A stretch of DNA of 64,000 bases from the human T2T-CHM13v2.0 reference genome, Homo sapiens. The stretch is from assembly GCF_009914755.1 (NCBI RefSeq), contig NC_060929.1; one strand, 5' to 3'. The first letter of the stretch is position 1, and every line of letters starts with the position of its first letter. The translations under genes were made by a program, and so were the position numbers. This document shows positions 43,667 to 63,276 of this stretch, piece after piece. The notes beneath the pieces were generated by a model. The model was not told the origin of the DNA. It made no database searches and saw only the letters and a list, made by a program, of their open reading frames with translations.

Positions 43667-44342
43667 CCATTTTTTTGATTTGGGAAATATACCAAACACT
43701 ATAAATAATAAAAATCATCTATGGTTCTTCTGCTACCATGAGGCAGCTATTTTAAATATCTTGTTCAACAACAGGACTACATAAATACATGTATCACTTT
43801 TCACAAAATTAGGATTATATCTGCATGGAGTTTGATATCCTGATTGTACTGGCTACTGTCTGTTGCCCTCCCCACTCCCACCAATTCAAACCATTCTCTG
43901 CCCTTCTCAGCCCCACTCTGAGCCCAAGCAGGCTGACCCTGATGGGCCACATCATTCTAGTTTCTGGTTGGGTTCAGCCAATAAGAGGCACTGACTGGAG
44001 ACCAGAGATTGCAGAGAGATTAGTGGGCAAGAGGGGAGAATGGTCAGGGAATTCTTCTGTCGCCCTTAACCTGCTGCAGACCAAGGCCCTGTCAGGGCTG
44101 CATCCTTCTATGACTGAGTTCCTCCAGGGCTGCCACTCTCACAGGGCTTAGGGTTGTAACACTGTCTCTTCCTTTCGTCTGTTCAAAAGGAGGAGGAGGG
44201 GTGACTCTCTGCTCTTTCTTGTACCCTGTGTGTCACTATCCCTTATTGATTCTCCTTACTTTGCCCACTCTCTCATAAATGGTCCTTTAGGCAATGGAAT
44301 TGTTTTCTGCCAGAACTCTGATTGTTTGACCTTTTAATCAAT

Positions 44343-44791
44343 TGCAGAGTAAATGCATGTGATAGCAAACATTTAAGCATACCTTTAGAAAGACCCAGTA
44401 CGGTAGATGTACCTGAATGTGTGTTTCAAGTTAGGCAATCTGTGCATGGCCAACCTGGAGATTCGTTTTTTTATCTATACATCTGAGCCCCCACCCAGCC
44501 TGTTCCATGGAATATGTGCCGTACAGGAGATTGAGGCCTTGAGTTTTGAGTTAAATGATGGTTGCCAGGTGGAGTTCTTTCGATGGAGGGTGTTAAGTGA
44601 AAGTGCTGTAGAAACTGCATAATGTTTGCAAGCAGTTGTGTTCTCCCAGCCAGCCTGCCACTACTGGACTCTCTCTTCTGTATTAACCCCCTAATAAAAC
44701 ACCGCATTTCATCTGCTGGCTCTGGGTCTCTTCTTTGGCCTCTTTAACCTGGTGCTTTCCCTATTGGGGTTGATAGGTGTTCATCGCAACA
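44343..44791 (+). mobile_element. ERV solo LTR (LTR47-like, tentative)
   Basis: TG...CA ends, AATAAA ~44693; homologous in reverse to 63277-63733 (ggccaacctggagattc, cagcctgccactactggac). Confidence 0.6.
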
Positions 44792-44991
44792 GTGACTTTT
44801 TAAAAATTAGTGCATCGCTTTCTTTTTCTACCAAACAAGAACTGATTTGTAATGGCTATTCACTGTTCCAACAAAGCTTAATTGTATTAGCATTTAACCA
44901 TTTCTTTTCATTCTTGGTTCCAGTAGGAAACAGTTGGACCCTCTCAAATTGGAAAAATTCAAGAAGGGTTTATTTATAAAGAGACATTACA

Positions 44992-45302
<311 letters not shown>

Positions 45303-46647
45303 TTACGTTCCCCAGGTCCAAAGGGATGGGAGGAGGAAGCAGGTCTCAGAAATCAAAAGGAAAGTCGCATAGAGGAGACTACCAGCTGTGACTTTCATCT
45401 GAGGGCATGACCAGTCCAAGGAGACCTCTTACAGGGAGGGAGCCAGGAGAACAAATACTTCCTCCTTCCCATCTCCTGCTAGGGTCCCCCATTGGCTGGA
45501 TCTGACTGGAGGCCAGAGGGCATGGGAGTCCTGTCATCTAGTTCAACGGCCCCCCAGGGCAAAGGGCAGGATGGAGAAAAGTGAGGATGACCCTCAGGGG
45601 CAGGAGGATAATATCCAGTACTCCAATCAAATGAGTCCTATTGTCAGAGTTCTCTGTTAGAAAGTCTCTTTCTACAAAGTAAAGCTTGGGATGAGGATGG
45701 GATGAGGAAGAGCTGACACTTTATTTGGAAAGTGTCAAGCCCAGGATAGTAAAGATGAGGAAATAGGGGAAATGAGACAAGGAAAAACTGGGGAGCTAAG
45801 ATGGTGTGATTAGGGGATGTGTCACTGTGCTGACCACCACGCCACAGGGAGCTGTGAAGAGGCTCAGCATGTCTGTGGGCAGGGATGTTGGCTCAGCACA
45901 GGGAATCGCTCCATGGAGAAGTTTTCTTCAGGGAGAAACAAATCTTAAAGAAGTCCCCAGGAAAATCAAGGGGAGAGAGGGAATTTGCTCACCTTGTTCT
46001 CTACAATATCCCATCTCCTATTAGTCAAGGTTCAGCTCACAGGGGATAAACTTTCCTGTACTTCTGGGTTCTATCATTCAATGCCTTGTTGGAAACCAGA
46101 CCCTGATGATGTGACATTTCATCCAAGCTGGGAGCAGAAGAATGACAGCATGATTAGGAGCAGAAGAATGACTCAGCATGAGTAGGGCTCAAGGCTTCAG
46201 TCGGTGGACTCTTGCTGCCTTGGAAGCCTGGCAAAACTGCTGGCAAAAGTGGCAGCAGCATGGTCTGGGAGGCAGGCGATGCCTTCAGAAACAAGGTGTC
46301 AGTCAAAAAGATATGCAAGGTTTGTATCCAGTAAACCTTAAATACAAAACTGCAGGAAGAGAATGCCAGGCAGATCAGACAGTCTTATATCATCTACTGC
46401 TCTGCAACCTACACTGCCTTCAGATTTTATGGACCCTAATGTCACTTTATATTTTGATCTAATTTTTAATCCACTTAGGTGCAAAGTTAGTCCTCTTAAA
46501 CATCTCCAGGATTTTTCTTTTTCTGTAAATTGTGGACCAAGGTTGTGTGTTTATTATTTAAAGCTGTCTGCCAGAAAGCTAGAAGTCAATGAAGATTTTC
46601 AAGATTTTTGTTCTCAGTGATCTCTCCAAGTCCAAACTGCACTGAGG

Positions 46648-47709
46648 TATCAGGGAACCTGCCCCAATATTCATGTAGGTTCTTTTCCATTTTCCTTAAG
46701 TGTCAGCCAGCTTGAAAAATAAAGGGACAGAGTACAAAAGACAGAAATTTTAAAGCTGGGCGTCCGGGGGAGACATCACAAGTCGGTAGGTTCTGTGATG
46801 CCCCACACGCCGCAAAAACCAGCAAGCTTTTGTTAGGGATTTTCAAAAGGGGAGGGAGTGTGCGAATAGGTGTGGGTCACAGACATCAAGTACTTTACAA
46901 GGTAATAGACTATCACAAGGCAAGTGGAAGCAGGGTGAGATCACAGGACCACAGGACTGAGGCGAAATTAAAATTGCTAATGAAGTTTCAGGCACCATTG
47001 TCTTTGATAACATCTTATCAGGAGACAGGGTTTTTGAGATCAACGGATCTGACCACAATTTATTAGGCGGGAATTTCCTCTTCCTAATAAACCTGGGAGT
47101 GCTATGGGAGACTGGGGTCTATTTCATCCCTGCAGTCTCAACCCTAAGAGATGGCTACGCCCAGGGTGGCCATTCATAGGCCTACCCTCAGGCGTGCATT
47201 CTCTTTCTCAGGGTTGTTCCTTGCTGAGAAAAAGAATTCAGTGAAATTTCTCCCATTTGCTTTTGAAAGAAGAGAAATATGGCTCTGTTCTACCTGGCTC
47301 ACCAGCAGTCAGAGTTTAAGGTTATCTCTCTTATTCCCTGAACAATTGCTGTTATCCTGTTCTTTTTTCAAGGTGCCCAGATTTCATATTGCTCAAACAC
47401 ACATGCTGTACAATTTGTGCAGTTAATGCAATTATTACAGGGTGCTGAGATGACATACATCCTCCTCAGCTGACAGGATTAAGAGTTAAACTAAAGACAG
47501 GCATAGGAAATCACAAGGGTATTGATTGGGGAAGTGATAAGTCTCCATGAAATCTTTATGTTTAGAGGTTGCAGTAAAGACAGGCATAAGAAATTATAAA
47601 AGTATTAATTTGGGGAACTAATAAATGTCCATGAAATCTTCACAATCCACGTTCTTCTGCCATGGCTTCAGCCGGTCCCTCCGTTTGGGGTCCCTGACTT
47701 CCTACAACA
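46648..47709 (-). mobile_element. Solo MER11 LTR (HERV-K11/HML-8 family)
   Basis: Reverse complement starts TGTTGTAGGAAGTCAGGGACCCC and ends ...gttccctgata; 6-bp TSD CTGAGG (46642-46647 and 47710-47715). Confidence 0.9.
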
Positions 47710-48729
47710 CTGAGGTCCCCCACTTGTCCTTGGCCTATTTTTCTCACCTACTTGTCCTTCAAGGTAGAGACACAGTCCTGGAAATCTTATTTGGAAAACG
47801 AAACATCAAAAACAGAAGAAACAACATGCTTCCCAGCTAGCTCTCCTCATTATCCTTTCTGCCATCACAGCATACTGTGCCCCACACTATGAGCAGCATG
47901 CCAAAAGTGCCTGGTTCCTACCCAAAATACTTCCTGAAAGATGTCCAGCTAGTCCAAGGCTACTGTTAGCCACCAGCGCACTGACTGCATTTGGCAATCA
48001 CATGCACTTACCAGGCACGCTGGCCCTTCTCAAAGAGCCACCTTGAAGGGTTTTGTTTGTTTGTTTTGTTTTTTTGCCTGAGTGTCTCCTGTTTGCCCAC
48101 TGTGTGCAATTGTGTTTGGACCACGTCTTTTAGCATTTTCTGATATTGGGAAGACAGTACAGTGTTATGAAAGACTGAGAACTTCAACTGGAGTTCCACA
48201 GGTTTTTCTTTCATGAAACATTGCTTTAACACAATCCTATTCAATTTCCATACTTACCATGAAACCCCAAACGAGAAAAATGTATGGAGGTCTTGCTTTA
48301 CAGTAGGGTGTTACTCAGTAAGTTACAAAACACATCTTGGCTGTAACCCTTTGCTGGGAGGCGATGAGGCTCTGTATGAGGAAGGAAAATGGCCAGTATC
48401 AGGGATATGGACAATGCTTTCTTCCTTAATTCCTGATTCTCCTAAGCTTTTGCTATAGGCATAGCCTCTTGTCCCTGGAATGGATTACCTAAGTGTACAC
48501 TTGTCACTGTTGAAAATGTTATATGGATGGGGACAGGAGGTGGGGTTGGAAGCATCATATATGGAAGCCCTATGCTTAAAAATATGTAATGGGATCATGT
48601 ATGGTCAGTCTATGTAGAGATTGCTAACAAGTGATCAAAAAAATCAGTGGATTGGGTCTTGTGTTTGTCCCTATTGATGTGATTATCTGAGAGTTGATCT
48701 GTTAAGGACCTTAGCAAGTCAAAAAGTTA

Positions 48730-49026
48730 TTTTCATTTATTTTTTATTTTATTTTATTTTTTTTTTTGAGATGGAGTCTCGCTTTGTCACCCAGGCTAGA
48801 GTGCAATGGTGTGATCTCAGCTCACTGCAACCTCTGCCTCCTGGGTTCCTGGGACTACAGGCGTGTGCCACCACGCCCTGTAGCACAAATTTTTTTTTTT
48901 GTATTTTTAGTAGAGACAGGGTTTCACCGTGTTAGCCAGGACAGTCTCGATCTCCTGACCTCGTAATCCACCCACCTCGGCCTCCCGAAGTGCTGGGATT
49001 ACAGGTGTGAGCTACTGCGCCCAGCC
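48730..49026 (-). mobile_element. Alu (AluS-like, internal deletion)
   Basis: TSD AAAAGTTATTTT. Confidence 0.88.
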
Positions 49027-49248
49027 AAAAAGTTATTTTAGAAAACATATGAGGCAAGGAAAATAAAATGAGAAAAAACTGGGAAGCCAACTTGGTGTGA
49101 TGATGGGATGTGTTACTGTGCTGGTTACCATGTCACAGGGAGCTGTGAAGAGGCTCGGCAGGTCTGTGGGCAGGGATGCTGGCTCAGCACATGGAACCGT
49201 TCCATGGAGAAGTTCTCTTCAGGGAGAAACAAATCTTAAAGAAGTCCT

Positions 49249-49555
49249 AGCCAGTTGCTAGGCTCATGCCTGTAATCTGAGCACTTTGGGAGGCTGAGGT
49301 GGGAGGATCACTTGAGCTCAGGAGTTCCAGACAAGCCTTGGCAACATGACGAGGCCCCATCTCTACAAAAAGAACAAAAATAAGCCATGAGTGGTGGCAC
49401 GTGCCTGTAGTCTCAGCTACTCTGCAGGCTGAGGCGGGAGGATAGCTTGAGCCTGGGAGGGTGAGGCTGCAGTACAGTCTAGGCAACAGAACAAGACCTT
49501 GTCTCAAAACAACAACAACAAAGAAAACCCAAGAAAATAAAAAACAAAAACAAAA
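49249..49555 (+). mobile_element. Alu (AluJ-like) inserted into a duplicated segment
   Basis: Dimer; flanked by aaagaagtcc and aaaaagtcc. Confidence 0.88.
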
Positions 49556-50702
49556 AAGTCCCCCAGGAAAATTAAGGGAATAGAGGGAATTTAGCATACA
49601 ACCTCAAATTTTTAAAAACCCATGATTTCCACTAGTTTAACAAAAATACTTTTTACTAATGATCATAGTTCTCTTCAGAGCCTGTCAAATAATTAGTCAC
49701 AAAGAAGAATTAAAAATTAAAATGTTGGTTTGGTACAGCTCTTATATTACATTTTGAAAATAATTTTATTTAGTGGTTGAGTGGGCCAGATCCCACCTCC
49801 ACCCCTGACCCCCCGCAAAATAAGAGAGATAGTATTTTTAATTTGAAAAGCAAATGATTCAAACTGCTGTTTACATTTCCTGTGTTGTTTAATACACAGT
49901 GTGTGTGTGTATATAAAAATATAATCCTGTTTATTAATGTTTTCTAACCTCAAGGAAATACAAAGAATGTGCAATGTGGTAAGATCAAATGATCTGTATG
50001 ATACCATTCTTTGTAATGTGTTGTTCAAATATTCTATGTTCTTCCCTTTTTTCCCCTGATACTAGAAAACATATAGATTGTTGTCTTCGAATCTCTCAAA
50101 ATTGGAGATTCGAAATTGGAAAAAAGGCAGTTTTCCATTTTTAAAAAAAGTTCTGGCCCATTTTTTACTTTGTGTATTTTTAGATTATGTTGTTATACTT
50201 TTAAGTTTGTTGTATAAACTTATATAACTTTCCTAATTGTAAGTTTAAAATTGTAATTTTTTTCTATCGAATTGTTTCTTATATTATTATGTAGGCCCAC
50301 TTTTTATCCCTATTTAATGCTTTTAGCCTTAAATTCTATTTTGCCTGAAAAATACCACGTTTTTATTATTTACATGGCAACTCTTGTTCTTTTATATTCA
50401 ATATATTGAATACACTACAGTATTTAAATGTGTCTCTTAAAAGCAGTAGCATATAGCTGAATTTTTAAAAATGCAGTCTGATCATCTGTCTTTTAGTAGA
50501 TAAGTTTAATCCATTTACTTATTGGAATTAAATATTTGAATTTATTTCTTTTTCATATTTCTGTTTATCATGCTTTTCTTTGCTTTTTTCCCTTTCAGAT
50601 TTTCGGTTTACTTCTTTGTTTTTTCTACTGATCTTTAAGATGTTAAAACTTAAACACTGCCTGAAAATTTATAGGCTAATATACATTTTTGAAGGAAAAT
50701 AA

Positions 50703-54806
<4,104 letters not shown>

Positions 54807-56024
54807 ATCAAACTATTCTGCCTGCCATTTCTTTCATAATTTCTTATTCTTTTTAAATAGACATAATTCTTTGAGCATTCTAAACATAATTATTTTCAAA
54901 GTCTTTATTGGATTGTTCTATATATTAATTTTATCTGGAGAGAATTCAAGTTCAAAGTATGGACTAGTTTGATTTTCTTAGCATTAAGTTTTTTGAAGTA
55001 CTTGGGAATTTTGGTTTTCAGGCTTGTTTTGTGTGAAACAGTAGTTGTTGTTATCTTCCCTCTATCCCATAATCAACCTTCCCTATCTAGAGGATTTGCT
55101 GTTAACTTTGCTCTAGACTTTAACTTGAGGATTTTAGAAATCTCTGCCTCAAAGTGACCTTGTGAATACTGCAGATTCGGTCATCAAACAAGCATGAGGC
55201 TTGGTGATTTTCTTCTTTCTTCTTAGAAAGCCTGCAAGTGGTTTCAGTTCCCTTTACTGGGCAGGAGGGTCTCCACACACCACAGCTCCCAGTCTCACAT
55301 GGTGAATCTGTCTCCTGTCCTCTGAATTCCTTGATTCTCATTACTTTTCAAGACCCAAAGTTCCCCTGTCACTGTCCATTTCTGCCTGAAAGCCAGCAGG
55401 CACACGGTGTCAATCCACTGCTTTCTGTTTCTGTTTTGTTTGAGTCTACAGAGCTGTTTATCTTATTTTTGAGACTGGCTATGTCTTTTTGTTTTTTTCT
55501 GTTTTATTTATAATCGCCAAGGGTTATGGCAGTACAGTGTTCTACTAGATTCTAAATTTTCTCATGAAATATGTCAAGTGATGGGATGGAAAGGAGAGAT
55601 TAGATATCTAGTAAAGAATACAGTAAGTTCAAGCATTGATGAACCCCTCCTTTCTCATTGCAAATTGTCTCCCATCGGTGGCAGCTGTGGCTAAAATTAG
55701 CTGTTTTCCCTCCTTCCTCCCTCATTTTCCAATGCTTTAAAAATAGAGTAATGCAGCTGCATTTAAGATGCTTAAGACTTAACTTATTTTTTCAGAACTC
55801 ATTTCAAACTTTTCTCATTCCTGGAGCAGATCATCTGGACAAAATGATATCTCATTTTTGTTTTCATTCTTTTGCAATTACGTGCATATTTGAACTAAGT
55901 TCATAATGCACATGATTCACAATGCAAATGCAAACCACATTTAGAATCAAGAGACAGAAGATAAAAGGTCTTTGGAAATGTTGATAGAACTCTTTTCTTT
56001 AATATTTCCAAATAAGTATAGAGG

Positions 56025-56500
56025 TGTGTTGGAATAAAGATGGCCAAACATTTTTAGACTCCACCTCTAATGACAAGAGTAGCAATTTGCTCTCCCATGG
56101 GGTGTAGACTGTCCTTGTGTCCCTCCTTGACCAGCAGAATAAGAAGGAAGGGGCACTATGTAACTTTTGAGGTTGGGTCTGAAGAAATCTAAAGCTTTCC
56201 TATTCACACTCTTCCATACACTCCCTTTTAAAACCCAAGCTACATGGTGAAACTCCTTGGAGAAGAACCAAAGCTCTCTCTGAGCTCTCTCAGCTAAGCT
56301 CCTATCCAACAAGCAGTCCTAGCTATTAGCTATTTAAATACCCCTCCTTGACATTTCAGCCCAGGCAAGCCTCCAGATGAGATCATATGGGGCAGAAGGA
56401 ATGCCCAGCTGAGCCCATTATCACAGAGAATTGTAAGAAAATACAGATTGTGGTTGTTTTAAGCCACTGAGTTTTGAGTGGTTTGCATCAAAACAAGAGG
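56025..56500 (+). mobile_element. MaLR LTR (MLT1-type)
   Basis: tggttgttttaagccactgagttttgagtggtttg 3' motif. Confidence 0.6.
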
Positions 56501-56960
56501 AAAACGAATTCTAGTGACTTTGGTATCTTGCCAAAGCAAAATTATATGGCTAATTATCAGATATTCCTATGTTTATCTTTCAAAAAAACTCCACCTCTTC
56601 TTGTACAATCTAGTAATATATATTGAGTTCCTATGTTAGGGAACTAATTAGAATTTGTACATATCTCTTAATTGTACATATCACTTCAAAATATATCTGA
56701 ATAAGAAACCTTTTTGTATTTGACAGTTCCCCCAGTTTTCAAACCTATTGATTCCCTATTAGTTTTTCACCAGAACTTTAGAATACATGGGAGCTGCTCT
56801 ACTAAATGTTAAAACATAATGTTACGGTAATTAAAATAATGTTAACATAAGAGTAAATCAATAGAACCAAGTAGGAGACACTGATCAGAACCCCATCACA
56901 TCCTAGAGTTTAGTTTGATAATAGTAGCAGTTGCAGTTGTAATACATGTTAACATGATTC

Positions 56961-57535
56961 TGAGAGAGGAGAAAGGAAGAAACTGGTCACGCAAGCAGTT
57001 AGGGTGAGTCTTCTGTTGAATTGTTTCAAACAAAAGAACACCCCAAAACATCAAGCTACCGGCACAGATAAGGGAACTTGCATGGGAGATTGCCTAAGAC
57101 AGGCCCACAGCCACACAGATAAGAAAGGCTATACAGCTCAGTTTCCCAGACATGCCCACAATGAAAAATTTTGTCCCCTGACACATGCACAGTAAGGGGA
57201 ACAAAGCAATATGGAATAACTCAAGCTAAGGGCCCATGTGTGCACTAGGAGGATGGGGTGGAGCTACCACAGATTCACACCTTATGCAAATGAGATGCCC
57301 AACTCTCATCAGTTTCCTATAAAATCCTCTGCATTCAACTGTAAAAACAGCAACCCTCTTCCAGGTCCCCCCTGCACAGGAGAGAGCTTTCTTCTTTCAC
57401 TTATTAAACTTTTGCTCCAGTGTTACCCTTGGCACCTGTGCTCCTTAACTTTCTTGGTCGTGAGACGAAGAACTTTGGGTGATATGTCAGGCTATGAGAG
57501 ACTGCTACGTTGTGGTGTATTGGTGAGACATAACA
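56961..57535 (+). mobile_element. ERV1-class solo LTR (MER61/LTR9-like)
   Basis: Starts TGAGAGAGGAGAAAGGAAGAAAC, ends ...ATAACA; TATAAAA ~57318, ATTAAA ~57403; 4-bp TSD ATTC (56957-56960 and 57536-57539). Confidence 0.75.
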
Positions 57536-58194
57536 ATTCAATGTATGTACCTAAGGTAACTGTAGACCTGTCTAGAAAAATGAAATTAAAAGCTCATCCC
57601 TATCATATATATCTCAAAAAGAAAAATTCCAAATGGACTAAAAAGTAAATGTAAAAACAAACAAACAAAAAAGCTCTGCATGTCTGCTGCGCTGGTTGTT
57701 CTCATTCTTCCATCCCCACCCCTGACCTCTGATCTTCTCTGCCCTGTTCTGTGTTCTGGGGGTCTGTCCTCTGGCTTCAGGCTGGATTCACTCAATGGAA
57801 GGCACCAGCAAGAGAGCAGAGGGTGGAAGGAAAGGGGGATTTAGGAAATTTCTTCTCCAACTCTCATTGCTTCAGGTCCAGGTTCTGTCAGGGGCTGCCT
57901 CCTGCAGTGGCTGCCTCTCTGATGAGACTTTCTCTCCTGGCTGCAGCCCACACTGGGCAAGTAGTTCCATTTTCTTTCCCTTAATCCTTCATGCTCTGGG
58001 GGGTAATGGCATCCCCTCTATTACAGGTCTCTGGGTGTCTCACCATTTTTGTTCATCCTTCAGTCCTGCCCACATCTCTATAAATAATCACTTTATTGTA
58101 TCTTTTTAAAATCCAAGCTGAATATGCATTTTGTTTCCCTTCGGTACTCAGGGTGATATATCTACCTATATATTCTTCTAGGGAAGACTTTTAA

Positions 58195-58848
<654 letters not shown>

Positions 58849-58971
58849 ACACCTGGTAATTTTGATCAGTTTGCTTAACCCCTCTATGCCTCAGTTTCTT
58901 CATCTGTAGAATGGGGGTAATTATGGTACCATCACATACAGTTGTTTGGAAGACTAAATGAGATGAAGATG

Positions 58972-59083
58972 TAGAGTGACCAACAAGCCTGGCTTGTCCA
59001 GGCCTGAGTGGTTTCTCAAAACACAAAACTTACAGTGCTAGAATTGGGACATCCCAGGCAAACTAGGAGAGTTGGTCACTCCA
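58972..59083. mobile_element. hAT-Blackjack MITE (MER94/MER81-like) inside a MIR
   Basis: TIRs tagagtgaccaac and gttggtcactcca. Confidence 0.7.
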
Positions 59084-59261
59084 TAAGATGTCAAGTACTC
59101 AGCACAAAGCGTGGTACAGAATATGAGTTCAATAAATATTAGCCATTATTTTATATATTTCAAATATGTATTTGAGCAAATTCCCAGTCATGTTTTTTAT
59201 GTAGTTTAATTATGTACATCTCTACCTTATTTAAAGACTAAAACATAATTTTAAAAAATAA

Positions 59262-59927
<666 letters not shown>

Positions 59928-60124
59928 CGTGAAAGACCAGCTCAGTTTCTTAACAAGATAATTGGGTTAGAATTCTTTACTTTTAAGGTACTGCCCAAGC
60001 AGCCTGAACTTCTCCAGAAGCTTAATCTCATGTTTAGCATGTTGTCTCACATGCTACACATCTCTAAAGATTTCCTCCAAACCAGTATAAACTCATGAAG
60101 AAAGACAATGAGCCTCAAGTTATT

Positions 60125-60435
60125 CTTTTTAAAAAAATAATAGCTTTATCAAGATATAATTTACATACCATAATTTACCCATTTGAAGTTTGCAATTTGA
60201 TGGGTTTTAGTGTATCTACAGAGGTGTATAATATCACCGCGATCAATTTCTGAACATTTCTGTTGCCTCAAAAAGAAACCCTGGACCTACTAGCCATCAC
60301 TCCATCTTTCTTCAACCTCCCCTGTCTCCCCTACCCCCCAGTGGGCAACCACCAGTCTATTTTCTGTCTCTCTGAATTTCCCTATTTTGGACATTTCATA
60401 TAAATGGATTCATATAATACATGGCCTTGTATGTT
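60125..60435 (-). mobile_element. Old L1 3' end (L1MB-like)
   Basis: gctttatcaagatataatttacatacc...tttcatataaatggattcatataatac. Confidence 0.7.
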
Positions 60436-61770
60436 TGGCTCAGTTCAAGTTATTCTTCTATTTTAAATGGGTGAAAGTCTGACATGTGGGTGGGATGAAT
60501 GAGTGGGAACCTTGCCCTGAAAATCACTTGCACCTTGTAATTATTTCAACATGGCCTCACAAAGAGTTATCACAACGTCCCTGCATTGCGTGGGCTTCAA
60601 CAAGTGATGATGATTGGGTTCCGCGTGTGTAGATCAGCTCCTATAATTACATCCAATGTTGTAGAACATGGGTGCTCTTCACCCCAAGGGCCAGCTGGTC
60701 CATTCTGTTGTAGCATCTCATTGGCCAGGGCCTCCACCTCTCTTAAGGGGAGGATGTGTCCACTCAGTGTCCAGCCTGGCAAAAGGTGCTCTGTAATGTG
60801 CACTCCCATCCTCCATCCCCTCCACTACCACCCTATGGGCCCGTTTCTTGTGCAGATGGATCCACATTCTTCCACCAATGAAGTGGTGTATTTTCTTATT
60901 TTGATTTTTCTTTTTGTATTTTTTTCTTCCACAAATGCCTACTTACCCTAAAGCTGTACAAACTGAAAAGGCCACTCAGGTCATCTTTTATAGGGCAAAG
61001 AAAATCAAATTCTATCCCTCCTTAGTGGTAAATAGAAAAGCATGTGAGGCTACAAAACCAAACACTGGAAATAGGACAATTACTGAATTCAACGAAATTC
61101 CATATATCATTTAGACACTTCGTTAATATTTGTTAACTATAGGACTTAACAAAATTACAGATATCCCAAAGGAGCCAGACTAAATATAGGCTGACCTGGT
61201 AATTTTCCAGCAGATGATAGTATCACTCTCTTTGAGAGACAAGGGAAAAATACATTTATACAAGTAATAATCATTTTTATCTGATTTATTCCTGTTCTTT
61301 TCTCCAAACATTATACAATGCTATGTTTTATAAGTAACACGAAGAAAAAGATGTACTGTTTGTTTCAGAAGGGACATTTTGAAAGAAAAGAAATCACCAT
61401 GTGTAGAAGGATATATTTTAACAGGACTTCTTTATTCCTTTCCAACTCACTGCTCATCACCATGGCATGTATACTCCTATTTCTATTTTTATTCCCTTTA
61501 GGACTGTTCCTAGATATTTGTAACTAGTTCTCTATACCTGTAAGTTTTCATTTGCCCAGGGTTATGTCTTCTTTTATTTTGATTTTTCTTCTTTTATTTT
61601 CCTCTTCCACAGGTGTTCTTTCATTCTTCCCTCCCCGCACCATGCTTACTTTCTGTCAACCTACTTCTCTTTCCTTCATTTTCTCTCTAGCATTTACTTC
61701 CTTCCAGTTTTCTGATCTAGAGTCTTCAGTGCTTGTGTTATTTCTTGGCTGTATGATCTAGGATCTGTTA

Positions 61771-61847
61771 TAGAGTGACCAACCATCTGGTTAGCCCTAC
61801 ACTAAAACCCCTCAGTCCTGGGCCAACTAGGCTGGTTGATCACTCTA
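61771..61847. mobile_element. Short hAT-Blackjack MITE (MER81/MER94-like)
   Basis: TIRs tagagtgaccaacca and tggttgatcactcta. Confidence 0.65.
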
Positions 61848-62517
61848 CTTAACAAGTTACCTGGGGAAATAATATATTGACACTAACGTAGAGAGGGTGA
61901 GTGACTGGAATCAGTAGCATCCTACTATGTTGCTGTTGCTTTTTAGTGAATAATCATTGGAAGAGAATGCAAATGCAAAAAAAAACAAATAGGGGTTATA
62001 ACCGATTATTAGCAAGATTCTGATGACCTGAGGGACCACAGAAACTAAGTATGTGAGTAAAACAGACTTTGAAGATGAGTGTGAGAGACTGAGTTGGTCA
62101 TTAGAGCCATCGGCTGTAAAGTTTGTGTGCAGCCTGAACCACTGTGTGCTGCACTCAGGAGAAAATAGGATGCCTTCTGCACTGAGGAGTTTGGCTTGGA
62201 TAAAAACCATTGTACTGACAATGTAGTCTACTCCAGAGTAACTGACAAAACAGGGGGAGACATTGAGGACATAACAACATGGCTCTTCCTTCTCCTGAGA
62301 AGCATTGTCAAAGCTGAGTAGTTGCACCAGTTTGAGTTACAGCATTGGGGAATTCCCCCAGAAGCTGAGTGGGAGCTCTACCCGGGGCTCAGTCTGTGGC
62401 TGTCACTTGTCTTCTTGCACAGAGCTTACTTATGAGGGAAGTAAGGGGCTATAATCCTTGGAAAACACAGGCTTCACTACCCTTTTCATTCGACCATTAA
62501 AAGGACCATTCCTCTTT

Positions 62518-63180
62518 GGATGTGGAGAAATAGGAACACTTTTACACTGTTGGTGGGACTGTAAACCAGTTCAACCATTGTGGAAGACACTGTGGCAATT
62601 CCTCAAGGATCTAGAACTAGAAATACCATTTGACCAAGCGATCCCATTACTGGGTATATACCCAAAGGATTATAAATCATGCTGCTACAAAGACACATGC
62701 ACATGTATGTTTATTGCAGCACTATTCACAATAGCAAAGACTTGGAACCAACCCATATGTCCATCAATGATAGACTGCATTAAGAAAATGTGGCACCTAT
62801 ACATGATGAAATACTATGCAGCCATAAAAAAGGATGAGTTCATGTCCTTCATAGGGACATGGATGAAGCTGGAAACCATCATTCTGAGCAAACTATTGCA
62901 AGGACAGAAAACCAAACATCGCATATTCTCACTCATAGGTGGGAATTGAACAATGAGAACACTTGGACACAGGGTGGGGAACATCACACACTGGGGCCTG
63001 TTGGGTGGGGGGAAAGGGGGAGGGATAGCATTAGGCAAAATACCTAATGTAAATGACAAGTTAATGGGTGCAGCACACCAACATGGCATATGTATACATA
63101 TGTAACAAACCTGCACGTTGTGCACATGTACCCTAGAACTTGAAGTATAATAATAAAAAAAATAAAAAATAAAATAAAAT
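62518..63180 (+). mobile_element. 5'-truncated L1PA (ORF2 C-terminus, 3'UTR, poly-A)
   Basis: Translation ...LLHCWWDCK...HRIFSLIGGN* matches the L1 ORF2p C-terminus; G-rich tract; 19-bp TSD AAAAGGAC(C/T)ATTCCTCTTT at 62499-62517 and 63181-63199. Confidence 0.95.
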
Positions 63181-63276
63181 AAAAGGACTATTCCTCTTTC
63201 ATCTTCAGATTGTCTTTGGACATGCCAATCTCCTTGGTAAGAGGTGATGCTATAATATAAGTAATCCCTGCTAAGA

